Source: Octopus bimaculoides (Eukaryota). From it: a DNA stretch of 32,278 nucleotides. The position numbers were made by a program, and so were the translations under genes. Below the pieces are notes generated by a model that saw nothing but the letters and a program-made list of their open reading frames with translations, did not search any database and had not been told where the DNA came from. The stretch lies in contig NC_068998.1 of NCBI RefSeq assembly GCF_001194135.2, positions 25,397,658 to 25,429,935 on the forward strand. The letters run 5' to 3'. Shown here piece after piece: positions 1-11,812 of this stretch. How positions within the stretch are numbered: position 1 is the first letter of the stretch; every line of letters starts with the position of its first letter.

Positions 1-345
1 TATGTATATATATATATATGTATATATATGTGTGTGTGTGTGTATGCATATATGTGTATATATAAACGTATATATGTATATAAATAGATGGATAGATTCA
101 TATATATATATATAAATAGATATAGATATACATACACATATAAATATATACATACATGCATGCATACATACATGCATGCATACATACATACGTACATAAT
201 ACATACATGCATACACACATATAGATACCTATATATACTGCTACATGGCATGCACAAGTATACGTAGATCAATTTATACAGGCATACACATTGTTGTGTT
301 TGTGTGTACGTATGTTTTTTTTTATATGCGTGTGTGTGTGTATGA
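1..345. repeat. Compound low-complexity microsatellite (TA/TG/CATA)
   Basis: Direct reading: runs of tatata, tgtgtg, catacata, tgcatacata. Confidence 0.9.
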
Positions 346-1369
346 GTAGATATGTGAGGTTTTTGTTTTTCTGTATGGGGAAATTGTATTTGTATATTTG
401 TATGTGCCACATTGCCATTGAAGATTCAAATTATTTTCTTTCATTTGAGATCAGCATCTTTCATATGGTTGGAATAAAACCTGTGAAAATTTATTATAAG
501 TTTACAGGAAATAGGAAATTATATGAGTAAATGAAGTAGAAAGGTGATCTGAATGCATTTATGAACGTACTCTCTTATTATTACCTTCTCAACATCACAG
601 AATATGGGAGATATTTCTCTCTTCACTTCATCTTCAGCTTTTAAATAATGAATCTTCAATGGAGCAAATATAAGAGATGAAGCAATTTATTTATGCTAAA
701 GCTTGACTTAAATTCGGGTACCAAATGGAGGGAGTAAAGGGAAAAAAAAGCACCTGAAATTGTATGAATATCTTTCTTTTATACGCAGCCACGAACTTCT
801 ATTACTGCGTAGGTTTGAAACTAGAGATAAATACATTTTGCCTTTATTTCTCACCATAGCGCGCATTGTATGCCCTTCGGGGGACACAAGATTCGAAGAA
901 GAAATAATATATTGGGAAACTTGCAATATTGTTGTCAATACATAGCATGTTAACATGACCTAGTTTTTACAGTATCAAACAAACAGCTAAATGCGTCAGC
1001 ATTTTGTATCTCCTTTCAATAACTTACTTTTTGTCAATAAAAGCTGAGCTCACATGCGCTGCCAAAATACACAGGAGTTATATAGACATACTAATGTAGT
1101 AAGAATAGCATTCTACACTTGACTGTGATTTATTGAATTGTAGAGCTGAAAATCATTTTTCTCACGAAGAAGGCGGATTTCTCTCAGTGAAAAGGCAGTT
1201 GACTCTCTAGAACACCTTGTGCATATTTTGTCTCGCTTAAAGCATTATAGTTGCAGAGTATCACCAATTAAACAAGCATTCAATATGTTGTCACAAGTCA
1301 GGCTTTTTAAAGATGACTTTAAATAGGTGTTTCTGCCATACACATTTTATATACTTTTTATATCGTATA

Positions 1370-1590
1370 TACGACGGGGTGCTGAAAAGTTGCTGGCTGT
1401 AAGGGTTTTGCGAAAGGTGTGGTTGGAGGCCCAAACTCCCCAGATTTATTACAGAGCTTAGAAAACCTGAAGGACAAATGCAATTAGTATGTCAATATGA
1501 GGGGGGAATATGTTGAATAAAATCATAATTTACTGATCATCCTGTATTTTCTTTTAACGAAAGACAGAAGCTGTTCAAGAAACCATCGTT
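1370..1590 (+). mobile_element. Mariner-derived MITE / internal-deletion derivative (~220 bp)
   Basis: Left end TA-CGACGGGGTGCTGAAAAGTTGCTGGCT (1370-1398). The reverse complement of the right end (AGACAGAAGCTGTTCAAGAAACCATCGTT, 1562-1590) matches it at about 20 of 29 positions. The interior encodes a mariner transposase C-terminus, SLENLKDKCN*YVNMRGEYVE*, matching the typical W.KC....G.YVE end. Confidence 0.8.
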
Positions 1591-1766
1591 TGTTATTTTT
1601 TCTTTATTATGATCTCAATGTCATATTACTAAGTCAGTCCCATCGTTCTACGTGTTCAAGGCCCTAAATTCTTATGATTCCTGTAACTAATCTCTCTTGC
1701 TCACGCCATCTCCTCTCTCTCTTTCTAGCTATTTATCTATATCTATATACGCAAACATATATATAT

Positions 1767-1962
1767 NNNNNNNNNNNNNNNNNNNNNNNNNNNNNNNNNN
1801 NNNNNNNNNNNNNNNNNNNNNNNNNNNNNNNNNNNNNNNNNNNNNNNNNNNNNNNNNNNNNNNNNNNNNNNNNNNNNNNNNNNNNNNNNNNNNNNNNNNN
1901 NNNNNNNNNNNNNNNNNNNNNNNNNNNNNNNNNNNNNNNNNNNNNNNNNNNNNNNNNNNNNN
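1767..1962. other. Assembly gap (N) flanked by (TA)n and (TG)n
   Basis: N run seen directly. Confidence 1.
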
Positions 1963-1999
1963 GTGTGTGTGTATGTGAGTGTGCGTGTGTATAAATTTA

Positions 2000-4165
2000 T
2001 TACCGCGAAGCTTCCTAAGTATCTTAGTTGTCCCTAGTAACACTGTTTTTGGAGCTATACTAAACTGGGTTTTATGCCTATTCCCTCTGTCCATCTGTCC
2101 AAACTTTTAGGGATAGTTCCCAATGCACCTATAACTACTAGCATACATTTTACCTTGACTTTCAATAATCTCTGTAAAGTCAATTATCTGCAAAGTCAAT
2201 TATCTGGCACTTACCATCCTCTTTATCTAATACTACTAAATCATGTGTTCTAGCTTCTATTACTCTGTCTGTCTCAATACCAAAGACCCACAGCATCTTC
2301 TATTTCTCAATTTCTAGTAATTTACAAGGTTCATGTTCATGCCATTTATCAGTATGTTCGAATCCTAGCTTTCTACATAACTCCCAGTGGATTACTCTCC
2401 GTAGGTTGTCATGACCTTTCTTGTATTGTTTTTGTGCCAGCCTGCTACAATCACTTCCAATATGAGTAACACTTTCCTTTTTTCATTTCCATAGACTACA
2501 TTGTAAATCTGCTTGGTTTTTGTTTATCTTGGCTTTTATCCAATTAGTCCTTAATGCATTAATGCCATGCTGCAACTATTAGACTTCTATCTTCCTTTCC
2601 AAGCTTCCTTTTTGCAACCATGACCATGTCTCACTACTACTATTTGCTGCAACTATGTTTGTGAATCTTCCATGAAACGCCTTCTCCTGCCAGTCAGATG
2701 ACATGTTCCTTTTTCTAGTTTTAACATCGCTTGGGTTTTTAGATTCCCTATGTCTTGCTGTGACTCTAGCAGCTTTTAATAAACTTTCCACACTATTACC
2801 TACATAGGAGTCTGTATCTACACTAGTTAGCTCCACTACGACATTAACCCTCTTCCATCTTCTTTTGTAGGAAAGTATAATCTTGTTGTTTCTGCCCTTG
2901 TGTGAAGTCCTCCATTCATATTGAATTCCTTGCTAGTTCTTCTGTCTAGCTTTGCTAATTCAGATTTGGTCCACTCTGCAAAATCTGCTTAGTATCTGAG
3001 TAATGATACTGTCCAAGTGTTTACAGCCATCACTAGATTCGCACCTTTTAGCCTTGGCTTCAGTAGATTCTTCACTTTTTTAATGTACTCCTCAATTTTC
3101 TAATGTACTCCTCAGTTTTTCATTTCAATAGTTAATGATCTGTCATATTCTAATACTCCTAGATACTAATAACTCTCTCTTCCTTTCTATGATTTTAATG
3201 TCTGCCTATCAGACAATTGGATGCTTTCGCTGTTGACTACCTATCCCCTTCTCATAAATAATATTTCTCACTTATCAATGCAAAATTCGATGCCTATATC
3301 TTTGCTGAAGTGTCTTACAGTCTGTATTGGTGAATCTCTTTTTCACTCTCACTAAAATGCTTCAGATCATCCATGTATAGCAAATAGTTAATTTTTCTCT
3401 CACTATTTCTGAACTAATACCCTATCTTTGCCTTCGTTAATACTAAACTAAGGTGGATTAAACCTATGACAAATATTAAACGGGATAATGAGTCGCCTTG
3501 TAAAATTCCTCTCTTGATATGAACTTTCCTTAAGACTGTGTAACCTGAGTAGAGATCTACTTTCTCTTTCTTCATACAAAATTTAACAAATTCTCTTATG
3601 GCGCCTGATATATTGAATATACTCAAACTTTCAATTATCCATGAGTGTGGGATCATGTCTTAGGCTTTCTTATACTCTCTCCATGTTATTGTTAATTTTT
3701 TTTCTTTCTAGCTCTTACTTCATGTAGAGCTGCTTTCTCTATGTATAATAGATCATACATTTCTCTCGCCTTCTTCCTGCAACCTTTCCGTTCTTCTGGC
3801 AATACATTTTGTTTGCCAAAGTGCTTGTAAATGTTTTCTGAACACTTTCCTGTTAGCAGATTCCACACTAATGGTAAGCAAGTGATTGGGATATAATAGC
3901 TAGTTGTATTACCCATGCTTCTATCTTTTATAAGGAGTATTGTATTCCCTGTAGACATCCAATCTGGTATTATTCCTTCATTAAGATAATCCTGAATTTG
4001 TTCGCTCAGCCTCCCATGTAATCTACTAAATGTTTTGAGCTAGTACCCTTGAACTACATCTGACCCTGGCCCCTTCCAATTCTGGATTTTTCCTAACGCT
4101 TTACTCATTAATGCACGTGTTTGTCTTAAATCTAGCTCTTTCTCACTCACTGCTTCTGTGTTCTG
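2000..4165 (-). mobile_element. Element A: decayed R4/Dong-type non-LTR retrotransposon (RT + RLE), 5'-truncated pseudogene
   Basis: Minus-strand translation across stops and frameshifts: NWK(G)PGSDVVQGY*LK, IPDWMSTGNTILLIKD, PITCLPLVWNLLTG, VLPEERKGCR, IKRGILQGDSLSRL (3414-3656), INYLLYMDDLK (YMDD at 3366-3377), WQEKAFHGRF, YKKGHDNLRRVIHWELC, HDLVVLDK..CQIIDF, VVIGALGTIPK, KTVLLGTTKILRK. RT motifs followed by a C-terminal RLE are characteristic of early-branching non-LTR clades; the motif style fits R4/Dong. Confidence 0.9.
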
Positions 4166-4777
4166 AAGGAGAAAGTGAGAGACTTTGCAAATGAAAATGG
4201 AATACTCCGCAGTGAATGCAATGAATATTTAAATTTGTGATGTCTTGGACGCAGTGAATATTTAAATTTGCAAAAAATTGGATATAAAAAATTCAATAAA
4301 CTTGAGAAATCGAAATTATAGGAAATTTCTAAGAATATGAATTTATAACAATATTTTCAGACGGTCAACCCTTTAATAATTGCTTTCTTTTAGTACTTTT
4401 AGTAACTGTTACATACCTAATTAATAAGCAGCTTTTTTCTATTATAGTATAGATGTTGGATGACAGAAAATTCTGTAACTTCATGGTATAATAGTACACA
4501 AGTGCAGGCTTGTTACACAGAGAGCGTTTCCTGTTACTTTTGTGTATCTTCTCGTAATATATATCTCCTACCCGCACTTGTTTGCTGGAAATGATACTAC
4601 AATCAGGGTAGCACTTTTCCGATCATTATCGTTGTCAGCAACAACAGTAGCATCTTTTTTAACGCACTGTCAGCAGTATATGCAAGGAAATTTAATGCGA
4701 GTTATCTTGATATAATGCACTGTTTCAATCTTCGCCTTACTTTCTCATCTCCCACTTTCTCTTGCTAGTTCTTTTTA

Positions 4778-4877
<100 letters not shown>

Positions 4878-5482
4878 TCATACGCTGCGAGCTGTGTTCG
4901 CTTTTGACAGTCCAGTTGTATGTAGATTATTTGATTGTTAGTTTCAGTCTTCAAATTCGGATGTTTGGAAAGTTAAATTTGCGTTGGTTTAGTGGTTCAA
5001 CAGATTCAGATATTCAAAGTAGACTCGTGACTCATTCTTCGATGTCCAAGCTAAACTTTGTTTTCTATTATCGTTCGTATTCCATATGCTTATACACAAG
5101 TATAACGTTTGTCATTTCTATAATACGAACTTAGTATACTGACACGATTCATAAATAAGGCGGTATAATAAGCTACAGACATGTTAAGTGAAGAGAATAA
5201 ACCAAAACAAAACAGAAAATAACGAAACCAAGACAACGCACGATAAAATCGAAGTAAAATACAACGAAAATGAAATGGGAAAATAAAGGAATGCATATAA
5301 GAAAATAAAACAACAATATATAGAATTGTTTTGTCATCAATAAAAAACATGTGATAAGAGTAATTAACAACGATGACAGTTGCAATTCAATTTAAGTACA
5401 TGCCTTCCTTAATTTACTGGAGCGGGAAAGTTTGTGGGTGTCTCATAGCCAATGTTTCACATGATAATTATCGAAAGAATAA

Positions 5483-6250
5483 TCTAGAAGTTCTTTTGCT
5501 AGGGCACCTATGACAAGCGGTACTGTTTTAGTCTTGACATTCCTCATTTTGCCAATTTTTGTTTCACAATCCTTTTACTTGTTCAGTTTTTGGTGGGTCT
5601 TGACAGATATATTTATGTCTATTGGGACAGTCATATCAACGAGGTGGCATCATTTTTGTCGGAAGTACTTCAATACAATATCTGGCCTATTTGCATCTAT
5701 CTTTCTGTCAGTTTGAACGGTGAAGTTCCACAGGAGTGAGATGTGGTCCTTTTCAAGCTCTCGCGATGGTGTGTGTTCCTCCCAGTTTTTGTCATGGAGC
5801 AAGTCCAAGTCTTCGCAAATTACCCAGTGAGTATACTCTGCTGCTCTACCATGCCAGTTGAGATACCCTGTAGGCGCAAGAAGACTGTATAAGGAGACAC
5901 CATGATCAATGGTTTTATTTTGTTGTTTCCATACATGACACGTTGGGCAATTACCGGTCTTTAAGATATTGACCTGGTAGCTCCTTGTAGGTAGGCATTG
6001 GTCTTGTGTTGCTGTGATAAACCCTTGATGGTAAGGGCTTTGTCAATATCGGCATTATTAGCTCTCTTTAAGTATTTGCCATTAAGAGGTTTTTCTTGCC
6101 ATTTATCAGTAAGAATATCTAAGGCGGCATTTTTAGCACAGGTTTCCGAACGCTTATCTTTTTCTGTGCTTGTTTCCAGTACATCCAATTCTTGGATTTG
6201 TTTTATTTGGTATTCAATTGTGTTTGTTTTATTACTGAGTTTGATATTTT
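5483..6250 (-). mobile_element. Element B: 3' fragment of a second R4/Dong-type retrotransposon (zinc-knuckle remnant + RLE)
   Basis: Minus strand: DKWQEKPLNGKY..., GFITATQDQCLPTRSYQ, CPTCHVW...TIDH, ISLLWNFTVQTDRKIDANRPDIVLK, LVDMTVP, KLNK*KD, TVPLVIGAL. RPDIV and K..KY are RLE motifs. The sequence differs clearly from the homologous part of element A, so it is a different family. Confidence 0.88.
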
Positions 6251-6257
6251 TTTTGTT

Positions 6258-6276
6258 TTTTATCATTATTATTATT
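6258..6276. repeat. (ATT)n tract, probably the tail of the 6277-6811 repeat
   Basis: ttttatcattattattattgag seen directly. Confidence 0.8.
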
Positions 6277-6811
6277 GAGTGAGATAGGAATGCATGCCAT
6301 CAAAGTGACACTGAAGTAAGATATACCAAGCCAAATATGCCCATCATGACTACCCGTCAGGTAACGGTACATCAGGTACATGCATCACAACCATATTTGA
6401 GCGCCATAGTGATCTCATAGCAAGATAAACAGCGCATGAACTTGCAAGTGGGGCCCTGTCAGAATTTTCTTAAGGTTGAGTAGCCTATCCCGCTCAAAAG
6501 CTCTCTGAATAAGGGTGGCTTAAGGATGTTGAACAAGACACATGTTTCGAAAGGCGAATTATCCAAACCCCAAATAACTCCTTTCAACACATGACTATGA
6601 TGCTCCCCACCACTACTCCTGCTCGTGATCAGAGACGCGCATAACGTCAGCCACTTGGGGACATACTCAACTTGATAAGGTCAAACATGTGACAAGTAAA
6701 TCTGTGGTTTTGAGCTGATAATTTGTTGTAGATGTTCTTTTATACCACGACAAAACAGTGAGCATGATAACACTTCCAATCAGTTAAGATCGGAAGCCAT
6801 GAGAGCCTGTT
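6277..6811 (-). mobile_element. Element D: non-coding interspersed repeat (SINE-like or LINE UTR) ending in an (AAT)n tail
   Basis: ~535 bp block GC-richer than its flanks, with no ORF in the track. It is bounded by ATT tracts on both sides and its minus strand ends ...CTCACTC-AATAATAATAAT. It resembles an abundant octopus repeat from memory (not verified). Confidence 0.6.
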
Positions 6812-6856
6812 AGTATTATTATTATCATTGTTATTATTATTATTATGGTTGTTGTT
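6812..6856. repeat. (ATT)/(GTT) compound microsatellite
   Basis: Seen directly. Confidence 0.95.
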
Positions 6857-8045
6857 GCCAGCATCCTTTTTGTGCTCTTTGTCTTTGCTCCAGATGTCAC
6901 ACCAAAACCTTTCACCTTTTATCTGGTATCAACGTTTCATTTGTACACTCTCCATTTAATTCTTTGGAATATCTTTTCTGACCTACTCTGAACAAAGTAT
7001 TCTGGTGGTAATCCTTCATTTTTTGATCGTATCTCACCAACTTTGCCTTCTTTGCAATGAGGCGCGGTTACGCTTTGTCAATTACTAATTTTATGCCCTT
7101 TTTGTTTTAGATATCATACTTCCTGTTCAGTGCCCTGTATTTTCGCTCGTTTTTAATCTCGTCCTTTTCGTTTCGGTCTAACACAGAAATGTCCTTCGAG
7201 AGCATATCTAACCACGCCTGCATTCTTCTTTTCCAACCTGGATCTTTTCTTTTGTCACTCTCATTACATTTCTTTTTCTTGACATCAACGCCCACATTTT
7301 CTGCTACAAAACTACTTGCTGCCTTGATCAAATTATTAGTTTCTGGGATGTTTTTTGTTGTGATATATTTCAGAATTTCATTCACATTTTTCGTTTCTTG
7401 GTTCAATTTCCACTGATCAACATTTTTAAGGTTGCAACTACAGTCGCTATCGTTCTCCTGTAGCCTCGCCTTTATTCTGTCGAAGATTGCCTTTTGGCCA
7501 GCTGTCATGTCACCCTTAGTTTTATTGTTTTCTTCCAAACCATTTTTATGTCTCTCAGCTATCACTGTTTCTTTCCTATGGTTTATTAGATATTTTACCC
7601 CTGTTTTCTGCTATGAGTTTACTTTTATCAGTAGGAAATGCATTTTGCATCATTTCTGCTGCTGCTTTCTAACACCCGTCTTTTGATAGCTTCGAGCTCA
7701 ACTTCTGTGAAACAACAATTTTTTTCTTATTGCTCTAGTTAGATCACATAATCTCTGTACTGTGAGTTGAAGCAATCGTCATTTTCCTCAGTGACCATAC
7801 TTACGTTGTCGGTATACTCTAATATGAACGCTATTTTCGTCTACGGGATTGGTCAGGTAGTAACACTCCATGACCGCAGCATTGATTTTTCTATTCCGTG
7901 AGTGCTGGTCCCCTGTTGTATAACGCCATGCTGGAGTAGGAACAGTATCCGTGAGCCTGCCTGGTGTAACACTGTTACCATCAAGGGCTTCAGTTTCATT
8001 ATGAAAGTTATTCCCAATATTTCGTTTTTTTTTATTGTCACCCAT
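6857..8045 (-). mobile_element. Element C: N-terminal part of an R4/Dong-type retrotransposon ORF, truncated on its 3' side
   Basis: ORFs 7788-8045 (INAAVMECYYLTNP...YRQR) and 7107-7565 (TNNLIKAAS..VAE.VG, DPGWKRRMQ, DISVL) continue to QRLIAKKAKLVRYDQ, QNTLFR, FWCDIWSKDKEHKKDA. These resemble the pre-RT region of R4/Dong-type ORFs. Confidence 0.82.
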
Positions 8046-8069
8046 ATGAGATAGCTACTGCTGCTAGTG

Positions 8070-8190
8070 ATGACAGTGTTGGTGGTGGCGTTGTTGTTGT
8101 TTTTGTTGTTGTTGTTATTATTGTTGTTGTTATTGTTGTTGTTGTTGTTGTCGGTGGTGGTGGTGGTGGTGGTGGTGGTGGTGAAGATGA
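8070..8190. repeat. (GTT)/(ATT)/(GGT) compound microsatellite
   Basis: Seen directly. Confidence 0.95.
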
Positions 8191-8959
8191 TTATGTCATA
8201 GTCATCAAGATATTTTTCTCCTGCGTCTATGCCTTGTTAATATTTTCACTGTTTTCTAGATTCAGACATCGATTTTACAAATAGATTTTTTTTTAATTCA
8301 GACATGTTTAAATGCCTAATACCTAGTTTTCAAAACTAGGAATTTTATTCAATTAATTATCGCAGCATTCTAAAATAGAAATTATATCCAAATATTATTT
8401 CTGCATTTTGTTCGATTTCAATGTCACTAGACCTTATCTCCAAGAAGTGCTTGGATTATATTCTAAACTATATTAAATCGGTATTCTATAATGTCAGCCA
8501 ATTCTATGAACTTTTTTTCTCGAGAAAACAAGTTGTTCTGAACATTATTTAAACACTTTCAGTCGTCCTTTTAATTCACACTCCGATGTAATGCTGTGAA
8601 AGGAATTGAGTAGCAACTACTAATAAAACACAAAACCAAATAAAACAGAACTAGTAAATATATTTTTTCAATGATCACAACTGAGAATGACACAGACAAA
8701 CTTACTTTGCAGTGACGTACATTTTTCAGACACACAAATGTTAAATTGTTTTTTATCCACAACATCACCAGCAAAATAACAACAGCAAAAACTACAAGTG
8801 AATACATCGGAGAAATACCTAAGTAGATGCAGTTTTTAACAATCGTTCCTCTTTCGCCAGAATTACCTTCCGCTTTCATTTCCTAAATATGGAAGAAACA
8901 TAGTCCAGAATGGAAGTGAAGTTGCATTCATATTAATGTTGTTTTCAAATTTTTGCACA

Positions 8960-9053
8960 GTAATTTCGGAGAAGGTGCTAAGTCAATTACATGAACCCTA
9001 GTGTTCAAATGGTACTTATTTTATCAACCCCGAAAGGGGTGAGCGGAATTTCA
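8960..9053 (-). mobile_element. SINE remnant, family 1 (central fragment)
   Basis: AAGTCAATTACATGAACCCTAGTGTTCAAATGGTACTTATTTTATCAACCCCGAAAGG...GCGGAATTT is the reverse-complement homolog of 19480-19575 in this window. It also matches a remembered octopus tRNA-type SINE (not verified). Confidence 0.7.
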
Positions 9054-9656
9054 ATATTAAATTCTAATATTAGAATTCATTCAAGAATATAAAGCAACAT
9101 CAGGGTGTGTTTATATTTTTGTTAGTCTCAAGATCAGTTAAGAGTAGCTCTTTTAAACGTCTAGCTTTGTGTATCATACCAACAAAAGTGCGCAGCCAAA
9201 AGCTCCGTCTATCCTACGTTCAGTACTAATAAAGTATTTCACAGAGAAGCAGAAATTGAGCACGCAACACATGTTCATATATTTTTTACTTTAGTACATG
9301 TGTAAATCGGGCAACATAGTAAAAGGTTAACAATCAGTAATACAGCAAGCAATACTGAGAGCAGGCTAGATGTCGATTATAAAAAGCAATATCGTTCTGT
9401 GATATATTGATTATATATTCCTTGATGTATATTGTTCAGATTACTTGATTCAACACAGCAAGCATTAGGTTATATGTGTGTCTTTCATTTTTTTTTTTTT
9501 TTTCACTTTTTCCAAAACTCTCGTTTTAGACATCACAATAAATTTAGTTCCTGATATTCTTTGAAAACCATTTCGTGCATATTTTCTTTCATATCGCTGT
9601 TTTCCAGTACATGGTATTTGACTTTTTAATATACTTTTGAATACCGGTATGTTAAT

Positions 9657-9722
9657 CTTTTCGGACATAAAATATTTCTCTTGTCTTGTCTTTTCGGACT
9701 TAAAATATTTCTCTTGTCTTAT
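9657..9722. repeat. 33-bp tandem duplication
   Basis: CTTTTCGGACATAAAATATTTCTCTTGTCTTGT followed by CTTTTCGGACTTAAAATATTTCTCTTGTCTTAT. Confidence 0.95.
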
Positions 9723-10199
9723 ACGAAAATATATTTTAATTTGCATACGTTTTAATTACTACATAAATCAAACACATTCTTTTTACACGCCTATGTTTCA
9801 CTGGGCATACCCTTGTACCTTACTTTCAATTTGCGTGTATTCATATTATCGTTAATTCGAGAATATGAGACGTATGTGAAGTCGTTATATACATATAAAT
9901 GCAGTATAAGTGAAAGCATACTAATAGGCTAAGAATGACGTCATTCGGCGTACATGAGAGTGTTAGTTATTTATATGCAAATTTATATTTTAATCCATGG
10001 TGCTTAGTTTATGCCTAAATAATATATTTCAACTATACAAAGCATTGCAAACGTTAGAAAATTTATTATTTGTTGTTAAAGTTTGAGAATGATAAATCTT
10101 AGTAAGTCAAGAACGGTTGATTTGGTTCCTATCAATAAACTGAAGTGTATAACTGTATATAACAATCTATATATGTATCTATCCATCTCTCTACCATAT

Positions 10200-10353
<154 letters not shown>

Positions 10354-10390
10354 TGATCCGTAAATGGATAGGTACATATAAATACATATA

Positions 10391-11400
10391 TCGGCTGGAA
10401 ACAAAGACATGTTGCATTTTTACATGATTAAATTGGCCTTTTCGTAAATTACGCAACACTTTTCGCATTCTCATTTTTATTGCTGCCGATTACTTTATAG
10501 AAAGGGCTTAAATTATTATCGAATCTACCATTTTAAAATAAATTTAGATCTGACCAATATCAGACACTGCATGGTGTATCTATTTAAACGCCTCTCTTCA
10601 GCAATGTAAGTGGCAAGAAATATTCGCTCTGCCTATGCAATAGAAGCTTTCCCTGCCCGGTCATGCCAGAGGTGGTCTGGCCAGTTTCGCTCATGAAATT
10701 TATTTTCGCAGACTCTCATGAATGTGGACGAGCAGGTGCTGACAATACTGAGTTTCTGGAAAACACAGATGAGGAAAACCAAATGCCAACGTGACGAGAA
10801 TTAGGAACACAATTGAATTAATGTTACGCCTTTATCATAAAACACTCTCATGAACTAGAAAGTACGTCTAAAAGTGTCTAAACTTTATCGGTGAGGCACT
10901 CATCATCTCATTGCTTTTGGGCCTAATAAAAGTATTGCCCTTTGATCGTCATTGAATAGCAGACTTGCAATAAAGCCGTTCCTGGGTAGAAATATCAGAC
11001 GTGATAAAAAACGGGCTCTCTATAATTACATTCTATGAAAACGACAATGGTGATCACTCGATGAAAGCCGACAATCCATCCCCAAACTTCACCCGAAAAC
11101 GTTTTGCTCTGTATTTCGTGGGATATGACGTAATGAACTAAAGAGAAACAGTTAATGCGGAGAAGTATTGTCAAGTGTAAGCTTTGCACAATAATTTGCA
11201 GAAAATGCTCCCATAACTGATCAATTGCTGCTCTTCCACGATAATAGAAGACTAAATTTTGTCCAAATCAATCAGGAAAAGGCTACGTTTTACGTCATCA
11301 TCTTTATTCTGGTGTCCATGCCCCATATGGCTATCAGCTTTCCACATCATTGGAAGTTATATACAAAGGAGAACTGAAAATGTTAAAGATGATATCGAGT
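10391..11400 (+). mobile_element. Decayed mariner transposon (Mos1/SETMAR-like transposase pseudogene), 3' end lost at (TA)n
   Basis: Plus strand from ~10562: RHCMVYLF..SSAM*VARNIRSAY...RSCQRWSGQFRS, then RELGTQLN, SSLNSR...PFLGR, KRQW*S, LHPK, TVNAEKYCQ, decayed HDN and HPPYSPDLAP equivalents, and ENVKDDIE. A possible left TIR TA-TCGGCTGGAAACAAAG lies at 10389-10406 (less certain). Confidence 0.85.
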
Positions 11401-11402
11401 TA

Positions 11403-11403
11403 C

Positions 11404-11442
<39 letters not shown>

Positions 11443-11749
11443 NNNNNNNNNNNNNNNNNNNNNNNNNNNNNNNNNNNNNNNNNNNNNNNNNNNNNNNNNN
11501 NNNNNNNNNNNNNNNNNNNNNNNNNNNNNNNNNNNNNNNNNNNNNNNNNNNNNNNNNNNNNNNNNNNNNNNNNNNNNNNNNNNNNNNNNNNNNNNNNNNN
11601 NNNNNNNNNNNNNNNNNNNNNNNNNNNNNNNNNNNNNNNNNNNNNNNNNNNNNNNNNNNNNNNNNNNNNNNNNNNNNNNNNNNNNNNNNNNNNNNNNNNN
11701 NNNNNNNNNNNNNNNNNNNNNNNNNNNNNNNNNNNNNNNNNNNNNNNNN

Positions 11750-11807
<58 letters not shown>

Positions 11808-11812
11808 GTGTG
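11403..11812. repeat. (TA)n, assembly gap 11443-11749, (TG)n
   Basis: Seen directly. Confidence 1.

Noticed and set aside
400-1325. Possible long decayed reading frame (ORF 291-530 continuing KGDLNAF..., shifting at the A-run near 742-749 into ORF 760-945)
   Set aside because: Stop density is about that expected for ~33% GC DNA and I recognise no domain. The CPSG...TCNIV resemblance to a Cys-loop has the wrong spacing.
1674-2094. ORFs spanning N-runs, here and at 11259-12066, 20363-21665, 22922-23133 and 30122-30814
   Set aside because: Artefacts: N codons hide stops, and the flanks are microsatellites giving [12 protein letters not shown].
4222-4270. 16-bp direct repeat TGAATATTTAAATTTG (4222-4237, 4255-4270) near the 5' end of element A
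   Set aside because: Both copies are on the same side of the element, so it is not a TSD; probably a local duplication.
5510-5716. Hydrophobic, membrane-protein-like plus-strand ORFs (also 5998-6282, 7189-7416, 7432-7686)
   Set aside because: They are antisense shadows of the K/E/N-rich retrotransposon ORFs on the minus strand.
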